From Saprospiraceae bacterium (GTDB lineage: Bacteria > Bacteroidota > Bacteroidia > Chitinophagales > Saprospiraceae), in contig JADJLQ010000002.1 in NCBI GenBank assembly GCA_016709995.1, positions 1,070,524 through 1,134,523 on the forward strand: a stretch of DNA of 64,000 bases. Reading direction: 5' to 3'. Both the position numbers and the translations under genes were made by a program. Shown in pieces: positions 40,173-50,300 of the stretch (within the stretch, counting starts at the first letter, position 1; every line of letters starts with the position of its first letter). Under the pieces are notes generated by a model, which made no database searches, was not told where the DNA came from, and worked only from the letters and a program-made list of their open reading frames with translations.

Positions 40173-41432
40173 CTAATCGTTTTGTTTTATTTCTAATATT
40201 TTCATCAACTCTGCCTGCATCTGTAATCCTTTCTGTAACTGGTCGAAATAGTCTATCTGTGTCATGTTTAGTGCTTCCCAGGCATCAAAAAGCTGAAACA
40301 AATCTTCGGTATTCTGTTCGTAACCCAACTGCATAGTTTGAAAATTTCTTCTCAAAGCCGGAATGATCTGCTCCTCATACAATTTCATTTGATTCTTTTT
40401 CAACTCCAACTCAACCAGAGAGGATCGTGCAAACCCTTCAACTTCGTTGATATACACCTGCTGTTGATTTTCTAAAGCTTCATTTTCCAATAGGAGGCTT
40501 GACGCATTTGCTTCATTCATCAAAGTCGATTTGCCGAGCAAAGGCAACCTCATCATGCCCATTAATGAAAATTGCATAGGACGGCCAGTCCACCTGGTCA
40601 TATGGTCATATTTAATTCCAAACTCCGGTTTTAGTTTAGCTAATTCGGCTGACCGGGCCAGGTTATTTACTTGGATAGCCCTGTCGATCACCTTGATTTC
40701 GCTTTTTCGATTCATTAAAGAGTTTGAATCAAACATCGACTGATCAAAGTCGAACCAAACAATGTTGGTGTCTATCAAAAAATCTTCATCCCGCGATCTA
40801 TTCATAACGGTATTGATAGCAATTTTCTTTTCAGCAATTTCATTCTTCAGCACGAGCATCATATTCTCCACGTTGGCCAGTGCTGCCTGAGATTTATAAT
40901 AAGCACTTATTTTTCCAAGCCCATTTTTATAGCGTATCTCCGCACTTTGCATCATAAACTGAAGAAGTCTTTTGTTTTCTTCAAGAACCTTCCATTTTTT
41001 TCCTATAACTATCCACTCGTAAAGATTTTTCCTGGCTATATATATAAGATCGTTGACCACTACCTCTTTTTTTTGATGCGCTATGGAAGATTTTGCTCGC
41101 ATATAATCATACTCAGAATGCTGTTTTTTTCGATTAGGAAGCATCTGCTGAGCCGAAATCATAAACATCCCGCGACCAGGAGTTCCATTCTGATCTAACC
41201 ATTGAGCTGGATTATAGGGTAATAGAAATACCCCTACACCAAGGTCTGTCGGCATCCAACTATAGGCTCCTTTTGCTGCCTCATTCAACGAGTTGGCTTC
41301 TGCATCCAACATTTTTAGGGCGGGATGATTGGTTTCTATTGCTGATTGAATTTCCTTCATGGTGAGCATGTTTTGAGTTTTTGCTTGCCATGTGATTAGT
41401 AGAAATGCAATAATTATTTGTATTCGTTTCAT
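40173..41432 (-). CDS. TolC/CusC-like outer membrane factor
   Basis: 419 aa, signal peptide, coiled-coil OMF pattern. Its stop codon ends 1 nt before the next start. Confidence 0.8.
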   Translation of the reverse strand: MKRIQIIIAFLLITWQAKTQNMLTMKEIQSAIETNHPALKMLDAEANSLNEAAKGAYSWMPTDLGVGVFLLPYNPAQWLDQNGTPGRGMFMISAQQMLPNRKKQHSEYDYMRAKSSIAHQKKEVVVNDLIYIARKNLYEWIVIGKKWKVLEENKRLLQFMMQSAEIRYKNGLGKISAYYKSQAALANVENMMLVLKNEIAEKKIAINTVMNRSRDEDFLIDTNIVWFDFDQSMFDSNSLMNRKSEIKVIDRAIQVNNLARSAELAKLKPEFGIKYDHMTRWTGRPMQFSLMGMMRLPLLGKSTLMNEANASSLLLENEALENQQQVYINEVEGFARSSLVELELKKNQMKLYEEQIIPALRRNFQTMQLGYEQNTEDLFQLFDAWEALNMTQIDYFDQLQKGLQMQAELMKILEIKQND

Positions 41433-41451
41433 GCTATTTCTTTTTTATTGC

Positions 41452-44400
41452 TTAGTGTTTTGTTTCCATTACTTCAATTTTCCCATGTTTTCTCAATTCA
41501 TATTCCTTGGCCATTAAAAAGATCAGTGGGGTGACCAATAGAATATGGGTTGCAGAAGTCAATACGCCGCCAACCATAGGCAGTACAATGGGTTTCATCA
41601 CATCACTTCCCACACCGTGGCTCCATAAAATTGGGATCAAGGCAAACAGAGATACACTTACCGTCATCAATTTAGGCCTCAATCTTTTTGCTGCGCCTGC
41701 AATGACATATTCCTTCAATTCTGTTTTGGAAATGGTTTCTCTTGAATTTCCATTTTTTCTACGAGTTGCTGCATGGCATCATTGAGATAAATCACCATGA
41801 CAATACCTGTTTCCACGGCTAACCCAAATAAAGCAATAAATCCTACTGCAACGGCAACCGATAAGTTGACCCCCCAGAAATAAATCATGAAAGCCCCTCC
41901 AATCAGTGCAAAAGGAATAGAGATCAAACTCAAAAAGGCCTCTCTGGCATTCCTGAATGCAAAATACATGGACAAGAAAATGATTATTAGGACAATAGGT
42001 AAAATCATTTTTAATGTCCTCTCACTACGGATCAGGCTTTCATATTGACCACTCCATTCTAAAAAGTAACCCTTTGGTAGTTTGGTAATCATTTTATTCA
42101 GTTTTTCTTTGGCTTCATTTACCGTACCGCCTAAATCCCTTTCCCGGACATTAAACAATACGGTTCCTCTCAGCATGGCATTTTCAGAATTGATCATGGG
42201 CGGGCCTTCTGTTATTTTGACATCAGCTACCGCTTCCAATGGCACAGGGCCGAATTTCATGGTTTGCACCTGTAAGTGTTTTATAGATTCAAGGTTATTT
42301 CTGAAATCTTGCCCAAATCTTGCATTTACGGAGAACCGCTGCCTTCCTTCCACGGTAGTGGTAAGCCGCATACCACCCAATGCAATTTCGACTACGCTAT
42401 TCACATCATCTACGGTCAAATCATACCGACCTATTTCATCCCGTTTTACAATTATATCAATATACTTGCCTCCTGTAATTGGTTCTACATACAGATCTTT
42501 TACCCCGTCTATACCTTCCAATTCTTTCTTCACTTTTTCAGCGAAAGCATAAATGGTGTCTAGATTTTGTCCATACACTTTGACACCAACATCAGTACGG
42601 ATTCCGGTGGAAAGCATATTGATACGGTTGATGATGGGCTGTGTCCATCCATTCGTAACACCGGGTATCTGCAATTTTGCATTGAGTTCATTAATAATAT
42701 CGTTCTTATTCATTCCCTTTCTCCATTCAGACTGAGGTTTTAATAAAACGATTGTTTCAATCATGCTGATCGGAGAATTATCCGTAGCAGTATTGGCTCT
42801 GCCTGCCTTGCCCAATACATTTTTTACTTCAGGTACAGATTTAATGAGTTTATCCTGCACCTGTAAAATCCGTTTTGCTTCACTGTTTGAAACATCAGGA
42901 AGCGTAACGGGCATAAATAATATAGAACCTTCATCCAACGGTGGCATAAACTCCTTACCTAAACTCAGCAGCATGGGAAGGCTTATAGCCAATAAAACAA
43001 TGTTTATGGCGAGGGTTGTTTTACGCCATTTTATACAGGTGCGAATTAAGGGTTCGTATATTTTTTCCAATATACGATTTACAGGGTTTTGGGTTTCCGG
43101 CCTGAAACGACCTTTCATAAAAAAGGATATCAGCACAGGGGCTAATGTAATCACCAGCAATGCATCCACTATCATGATGAAAGATTTGGTGTATGCCAAC
43201 GGGTGAAACAATTTTCCTTCCTGCCCGGTCAATAGAAAGACTGGCAGAAAAGAGGTGATGATAATAATGGTTGAAAAGAAGACACCTCTTGACACCTGTT
43301 TGCAGGCTCTTTCGATCAATTGCATCCGTTTCGGTTCAGGAATAATGTAGTAATTCTTTTCGCTTTTTAATTTTTTAAATAATCTTTTCATAGCTTACGA
43401 TTTAGGGTTTCGGGCGTTTTGCCAGTCTGATAAATGCCGGTACGCGTTCTCACTCATAATAATTCCGTTATCTACAATGACGCCGATGGCCAATGCAATG
43501 CCAGTAAGTGACATGATGTTGGATGAAATGCCAAACATATTCAACAGTATAAAACTGATGGCAACGGTAATGGGAATCTGAATGATAATGCTTAAAGCAC
43601 TTCGCCAGTGAAACAAAAAAATGATAACGATTAGGGCCACAACCGCCATTTCTTCAAGCAATTTTACTTTGATATTTTCAATAGCTGCTTCAATCAGTTC
43701 GCTGCGGTCATAAGCTGTTTTAAAGGTTACTCCTTCGGGCAGTCCTTTTTGCACATCGATCATTTTTTCTTTTACCGCTTTGATAACCTTATCAGCATTT
43801 TCGCCGTAGCGCATGACCACAATACCACCTACTACTTCGCCTTCGCCGTTTTCATCAAATATGCCCAAGCGTAAATCGCCACCCATCTGGACGGTGCCAA
43901 TATCTTTCACCCTTACCGGAATACCATTATTATTGCTGACCGCAATACTTTCTATATCGTCCTTATTTTTTATGTAACCCAGTCCCCGGATGATATAGGC
44001 CATGTCGCTCATTTCAAATTTTCTGCCCCCTACATCATTGTTACTGGCTTTTACTTTGTTCATTACATCCATCAGGCTTACCTTATAGAACTGTAACTTT
44101 ACCGGATCAAGTACCAATTGATATTGTTTTTCGAATCCTCCAAAGGATGCTACTTCTGAAACGCCGGGTACCGTTTGTATGGCAAGTTTGATATACCAAT
44201 CCTGCAAGGCTCTTTGCTCTCCGAGGTCAAGATTTTTTGTATCCAGGGTGTACCAAAACACATGGCCAACTCCGGTTCCATCAGGTCCAATTGCCGGTGT
44301 GATCCCGTTGGGCAATAATCGTTGTGCATAATTTAGCCTTTCCAATACCCTGGTCCTGGCCCAATACACATCTACATCATCTTCAAAAATGACATACACA

Positions 44401-44675
44401 AAACTCATCCCAAACATAGAAGTCCCCCTGATATTTTTTACTTTGGGAATACCCTGCAGGTTGCTCACCAAAGGATAGGTGACCTGATCCTCCATGATTT
44501 GTGGTCCACGCCCCATCCATTCTGTAAAGACAATGACCTGGTTTTCGCTGAGATCGGGAATGGCATCAATAGGGTTCCTCTCCATGTTGACTATGCCCCA
44601 TACAAATAGACCGGTGGCTAACAGTAAAACGATGAACCTGTTTTTTAATGACCAGGATATAATATTTGATATCAT
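41452..44675 (-). pseudogene. cusA: CusA/CzcA-family heavy-metal RND pump, split into three ORFs by one in-frame TAA and one homopolymer frameshift
   Basis: ORFs 43395..44675, 41715..43391 and 41452..41718 are colinear with CusA. The in-frame TAA is at 43395-43397 (NPKS*AMKRLF). The frameshift is at T6 41753-41758; with 7 nt it would read VEKNGNSRETISKTELKEYVIAGAAKRLRPKLMT. Confidence 0.85.
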
Positions 44676-44852
44676 AGCTATTTATATTTTGGAAGATGAT
44701 TGGCCTCATTTTTTTTATTTGGCCTCGAAGAAGGCAAGCAGAACAACTTCGATTAGAAAATTCTGAGTACTTTAATAGGCTGAGATCCCAGATAAAATCC
44801 ATCATGGCATCATGAGACTGTGCCCCATGGAATGACTCATGAAAAGGGGAGG

Positions 44853-45254
44853 CTATAAACGAAAAACCTGGTTAAGCACACAGGTCAGTATACCGGAAAC
44901 ACCCCGAGGTGGGGGATGATGTATCAACTGAAGTGCCTTAGAAGAAGTGGCCAGTAAAGGAAGAGATTGGTCATGAAAAACCAGAAGGTCAATAATATTA
45001 GTATGGACAGGGTCTGATCCTGATTCATTAAAATGCTGATCGGTATGGTTCTGGATGAATGTGAATTCATCTTTACAACAGCCATTGTCTTGTCCATGAC
45101 CCTTATCCATGCCACAGAAACTACAAATAGCAGAAGTCACTCGTCCAAATCCCCAATCTGCCAATTCTCCCATACAGTAGTGCATATGTACCATGACACC
45201 AGAGGTAGAGGTGAGATAAATGAAAGTCAATATTACGATTCCAAATTTTTTCAT
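44853..45254 (-). CDS. HYC_CC_PP family small protein (first gene of the cus-like operon)
   Basis: 133 aa, signal/TM segment, motifs HMHYCMGE, GCCKDE and HHPPPRG. The family name is from memory of NCBI naming. Confidence 0.6.
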   Translation of the reverse strand: MKKFGIVILTFIYLTSTSGVMVHMHYCMGELADWGFGRVTSAICSFCGMDKGHGQDNGCCKDEFTFIQNHTDQHFNESGSDPVHTNIIDLLVFHDQSLPLLATSSKALQLIHHPPPRGVSGILTCVLNQVFRL

Positions 45255-45267
45255 TTGTAGGGCAATG

Positions 45268-45275
45268 CAAAAATA
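45268..45275 (-). promoter_or_regulatory. Bacteroidota -7 box candidate (TAnnTTTG) for the cus-like operon
   Basis: On the minus strand tatttttg ends 13 nt upstream of the ATG at 45254. Confidence 0.3.
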
Positions 45276-45621
45276 GAGGTATTTTAATCCTGTATTTTAT
45301 TTAAAATCAATCAAATAGGATCAAATTAGTGAAACTCTTAGGTTTTTTCACTCTTTTAGTCTTACTTATTTTGGATTGTAACCAGGTAAAATCAGTCTGC
45401 TTAGGCTTGAACAAATCTAATTTCACTGCGATGCGGTCAAGTGTCAGGATTCAATATTTTTATCCACTGCGGAATAAGCTTTAGTGGCTGGGTCATCGCG
45501 ATGTAAGGGCATAGTGATTCTACAAAATGGAAAAAGGTAGAAAAGTCGATATATACTCAACCATTTCTTGATATCAATGTTTTAAAAACTGATATCAAGA
45601 TTTTCTCTAAACTAATGCCTG

Positions 45622-46613
45622 ATGTATATCAATAAAAATTATGGATTTTGGATGACATTTAATTGGTCGAGAAAGCCATTTATATTAGGGGCTATTTATG
45701 CCGCCGCCGTCACTTTAATTGATTATTTTATGGACTGGGACCTTATCATCCCATGGCAACCTGTCAGCATAATAGGGATTGCAGTTGCTTTCTACCTGGG
45801 ATTTAAAAATAATAGCTCTTATGACAGGACTTGGGAGGCACGGAAGATCTGGGGCTCGATAGTCAATAGCAGCCGTACTTTTGGCAGTGCAATAATCTCC
45901 TTTGTGAGATCGAGAGATGGGGATAAAGCGAGTACAATACATCGGGAATTATATACAGACACCTGGCATGGTTGACTGCACTTCGATATCAGTTGAGATT
46001 AAGCAGAAAATGGGAACATACTGAAAACCGGATCAAAGGACTTTATTCTCCTACTATTTGTGAGGAATATTATGATCAAATGGACCAGGAGCTGATGAAT
46101 TTCATTCCTGAAAAAGAGTTTGAAGCATACAAACTCAAATCTAATATCTCCACTCAAATATTATTGACACAAAGCAAACGATTGCAGGAGCTTAAAAATA
46201 AAGGGTACATCGAAGATTTCAGGCATATGGAATTATATCGACTGATTCAATCTTTTATGAAGATCAGGGAAAAGTGAACGTATAAAAAACTTCCCATTTC
46301 CCCGGCAGTATGCTTCCGTCGCATTGTGGATGACCTGGGTATTTGCAGCGCTTATACCCTTTGGAATGATACAAGCATTTAAAGACATGGGAGATAGTAT
46401 GCTGTGGCTAAATATTCTATTTTCTGCCTTGATTATATGGGTCTTTTTTTTGATGGAAAAATCGGGGATTACTCAGAAAATCCCTTTGAAGGCACTTATA
46501 ATGATGTGCCCATCACCAGTATCTCCAGGACCATAGAGATCGACCTGAGAGAAATGCTGGGGGATACAAATATTCCTGAGCCAGTGGCAGCTCAAAATGA
46601 TTTTTTGATGTAA
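45622..46613 (+). pseudogene. bestrophin / UPF0187 (YneE-like) anion channel gene with about four 1-nt deletions
   Basis: Colinear family-like segments in shifting frames: FKNNSSYDRTWEARKIWG; IYRHLAWLTALRYQLR; YEDQGK; ERIKNFPFPRQYA; EKIGDYSENPFEGTYNDVPITSISRTIEIDL. Frame index goes 1>0>2>1>0. Confidence 0.7.
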
Positions 46614-46647
46614 TGTTATATCTTGGTTCGATAAAGAATAGATCCAT

Positions 46648-47286
46648 ATGATTACTTACGAAGAAGTGTTCGAAAATAATAAACGATTTATCGAAGAGAA
46701 GAAGCGGAATGATAAAGAGTTTTTTAGTCAATTATCACTTGGCCAAAATCCCGATTTTCTATACATAGGCTGCAGTGATAGCAGGGTGACTGCGGAGGAA
46801 ATGACAGGTGTCAAGCCTGGCCAGATGTTTGTCCACCGCAATATAGCCAACCTGGTGAGCAATAATGATCTCAGTGCACTCAGTGTGATAGAATATGCCG
46901 TAGACTATCTCCAGGTCAAACATATCGTAGTTTGTGGTCATTATTATTGTGGTGGAGTCAAGGCTGCTATGCAGTCTAAAGACCTTGGGCTGCTCAATCC
47001 CTGGCTCAGAAATATCAGGGATGTCTATCGCCTTCACCAGTCAGAACTTGAGGCCATTACTGATGAAGAAACAAGATATAAAAGACTTGTTGAAATCAAT
47101 GTCGAAGAGCAATGTTTTAATGTTATCAAAACTGCAGTAGTGCAAAAACACTACCTTGCTCAAGGCAGTCCTACTGTGCATGGCTGGGTATTTGATGTGC
47201 ATTCAGGTCGCCTGATAGATCTCCAGATCGATTTTGTGGAGAAACTAAAGATGATCCGACGAATTTATGATCTCGGCGTGTCCTAG
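46648..47286 (+). CDS. can: beta-class carbonic anhydrase
   Basis: 212 aa with CSDSR and VCGHYYCGG zinc-ligand motifs. Confidence 0.92.
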   Translation: MITYEEVFENNKRFIEEKKRNDKEFFSQLSLGQNPDFLYIGCSDSRVTAEEMTGVKPGQMFVHRNIANLVSNNDLSALSVIEYAVDYLQVKHIVVCGHYYCGGVKAAMQSKDLGLLNPWLRNIRDVYRLHQSELEAITDEETRYKRLVEINVEEQCFNVIKTAVVQKHYLAQGSPTVHGWVFDVHSGRLIDLQIDFVEKLKMIRRIYDLGVS

Positions 47287-47305
47287 GGAATGGGCTATTT
47301 CGGGA

Positions 47306-50300
47306 TCACTGTTTTTTTACCGGGATAGAATCTTTTTTCATCTGCACACTATCATTTACCATCGGTTTTAAATCATTTGGATTGATAAGTTTTACGGATT
47401 CTTTAGACTCATTGATGAGTTTGTCTTCAGTGCCGGGTTTGTTATTTGTATCGGATGGCTGTCCTTGTAGTCTTTGACCATTCCTTTGGCCCCCTTGCAC
47501 TCCAGTAGAATCTGAGCCGGGTTGACCAGGCCTTCTCCATTGACTGCCATCAGGCCTTTGGCCTTGGCGCATCGTGGAGTCCTGACCAGGTCTTCTCATT
47601 TGGCCGGCAGGTCTCTGACCTTGAGGCCATTGTCTTCTTGTGGTATCCGCGCCAGGTGTTCCTGGTTTGTTCCACTGACCCTGGGGTCTCTGACCTTGCC
47701 ATTGACCCTGGTCTGGTGATCTTTGCTCCAGGGGCATATTTGCTCCCTTGGCAGTAGTATCTTTTGGCGAATTCATGTTATTAGCTGGCGGGGTAGTACC
47801 CTGTACTCTGGTACCCCCTCGCTGGCCTGCAGGAGTGGGTGCTGCCTGTTGTTGGTCACCTCCATTATCACCACCACCTCCGCCGCCATCGCCACCAGAT
47901 TTCATATCATCATTATTAATTGATTTCCTTTTTCTTCTGTCCACGAAATTCATTTTTCCAATTTTATAACTCAAACCTATCCGCACACCAGCATTATAAA
48001 AACTGTTGGTATTAAGTTGTTGCAGCAGTTGGCTTTTGGATTCCGAAGTTACCTTGAAAGGGAAATTCAAGAAATTTTCAGCGGATAAACTCACATTGCC
48101 CTTACCATCATTAAAATCTTTTTTAACTCCCATCATATAAAATCTAAATCCACCGGAATACCCCTGGAGATTGACCTGACGACCTCTTCCGCCTCCACCG
48201 CCTTGGATGCCCCAGCCTTTTTTAAGCCTGAGGTTGCTGAACAAACGACCTCCCATGACCAGGCCACTATTGGAAGCTGCATAAGATGGGTTTGGATTAT
48301 TATTAGTCAGGCTCACATTATATAGATCAATTCCTCCATTGATCTGCCAAATTTTGAAAAAAGTCACGTTACCAAATATGTTCATACCGATGGTGTTTTC
48401 GTTACCGATATTGGCGTACGTAGTTCTGATGGCAGCTATACTTCCTTGTTCCGTAGGATTTGGATTTTGTGTAGTGAATGTATCTCTCAAGCTAGTAATA
48501 GAATTACCTGTATGCCGATAGAAAACGGAGGTATTTAAGTAAATAGCTTTTAGGTTGATGCTGGCGCTGACCTCATAATTGTCCGTAAATTCTGGATCAA
48601 GGTAGGGATTGCCCACAGAAATATTGGTGGGGTTGGCTTCATTGACATTTGGGTTTAAATATTGTATGCCCGGTCGTTGAATCCTACGGTTATACGCTGT
48701 TTTTAAGGTTAATTTTTTCGTGATCGTCTTGGAAAGATTGATACTGGGAGCCAGGCTCCAGTAAGAAGGTATATCTAAGAGCACATCAGGCGTTTTAAAT
48801 AGACTGGCGTTGATATCAGCATATTCTAGTCTGGCACCAGCTTTAACACTGATTTTATTTTTGGTAGTGAAGGTGTAAGACAAATAGCCGGCACCGACTG
48901 ATTGGTTATAATTGAGTTGGTTAGATACTCTGGATTCGTCTAAAACAAATTGATTGGAGGTGCCTTCACCCAAATAATATTGATAGTCACTATTTACTTT
49001 TCTAAATATTCCTTTACCTCCAAATTCAATAAGACCTCTTTCTCCGGTCGGTGCTTGATAGTTTGCTTCTAATGTCGACTCCAGGTTGTAGCTGGTATTA
49101 TCATTTTTTTGTCTTGCCGAGATGGTGTGAAGGTCTACATTATTGAGTAAGTCAGCTTCAAAACTATTATCCCTGTTATTGCGTGAAACCAAGCCAAGTA
49201 AACTCAATTCTTGTTGTGGCTTAAAAGTATAAGTATAGGTCGAATTCAAATCATAACTTATGTCATGGTCTTTGGATGCTACATTTCTACCACTCAATAA
49301 GGGTATAGTGGCACCTGGTAGAAATGTCTGAGAAATAAGGTTGTCCTGTACACTGTTGCCATTTCTTGTACCTAACCTTAACCCTGCAGAAAGGTTGGAT
49401 TTTTTAGTAATATCCCAATCCCAGCCCAGATTATAACTGCCATGAAGTCTATCAGAAAGCGTAGTAGCGCTCTGGATACTTTTTTGCAAACCTATTGAGG
49501 TCTGCGTAGTCTGTACATTTTCAAAAGCTCCTTTTATTCCATATTCGGCTCTGCCATATCCTCTAAGGCTGAAACCCATATTTCCGGTACGCAAATTGCC
49601 ATTCAGACCCAGGTTGGCACCGCGATTTCCAGCTCTGACATCTACACCCAAAGTCATACCCTCAAGTGTATTCTTTTTAGTGATGATATTGATGATCCCG
49701 GAAGATCCTTCAGAGTCATATCGGGCAGAAGGACTGGTGATCACCTCAATGGACTTGATCATGTCGGCAGGTATTTGTTTTAAAGCATCTGCTACACTTC
49801 CGGCCATGATACTGGAAGGCTTATTATTGATCAATACTTTCACATTGGAGTTACCTCTCAGGCTGACATTGCCATCCAGGTCAACAGTGAGCAAGGGTAC
49901 ATTGCGCATTACATCTGCAGCGTCTCCTCCTTTGCTGGTGATATCTTTTTCAGCGTTATATACCAGGCGGTCCACTTTCTCTTCGATGATATCAGTCTGG
50001 CCTTCGATTGTCACTTCGCCAAGTACCAGGGTTTCCGGTACCAGATATAATTTGCCTAGTTTTACTTTTTCTCCGTCTTTAACTTGGATGATTTTACTTT
50101 GTTTTGTTTGATATCCCAGAAAATCGATTTCCAGTAAATACTCTCCTGCCCCAACATTTTGGATTTCAAATTCGCCTTTATCATCCGTGATATTGCCATC
50201 GACTACCTCTTTGGAAGCAGCTATCAATAAGGCTACAGTGGCAAACTCTACAGGTTTTTTATTGGTGGTATCCAGGATGCTCCCTTGTAAAACGGCTGTT

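Noticed and set aside
13797-43397. Possibility that the in-frame TAG/TAA codons reflect stop-codon reassignment or programmed read-through.
   Set aside because: TAA, TAG and TGA all terminate well-delimited conserved genes throughout the window (for example gltA, gcvH, pdxA, can). Three isolated events are better explained by mutation or sequence error. Pyrrolysine or other recoding is not established for this phylum.
32657-45254. Calling the copper island a mobile genomic island.
   Set aside because: Lower GC is only an eyeball impression. There is no integrase, transposase, tRNA or flanking direct repeats in view, and the left edge abuts prfC directly. It stays a compositional observation only.
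45329-45484. 51-aa GTG-initiated ORF with a lipoprotein-like leader (VKLLGFFTLLVLLILDC…) between the cus operon and the bestrophin gene.
   Set aside because: It is below any reliable length threshold, has no recognisable domain, and may be a remnant. The evidence is not enough to call a gene.
47522-47969. Plus-strand ORFs (65-73 aa) overlapping the OMP tail.
   Set aside because: They are low-complexity mirror ORFs generated by the G/Q/P-rich repeat DNA and carry no independent coding evidence.
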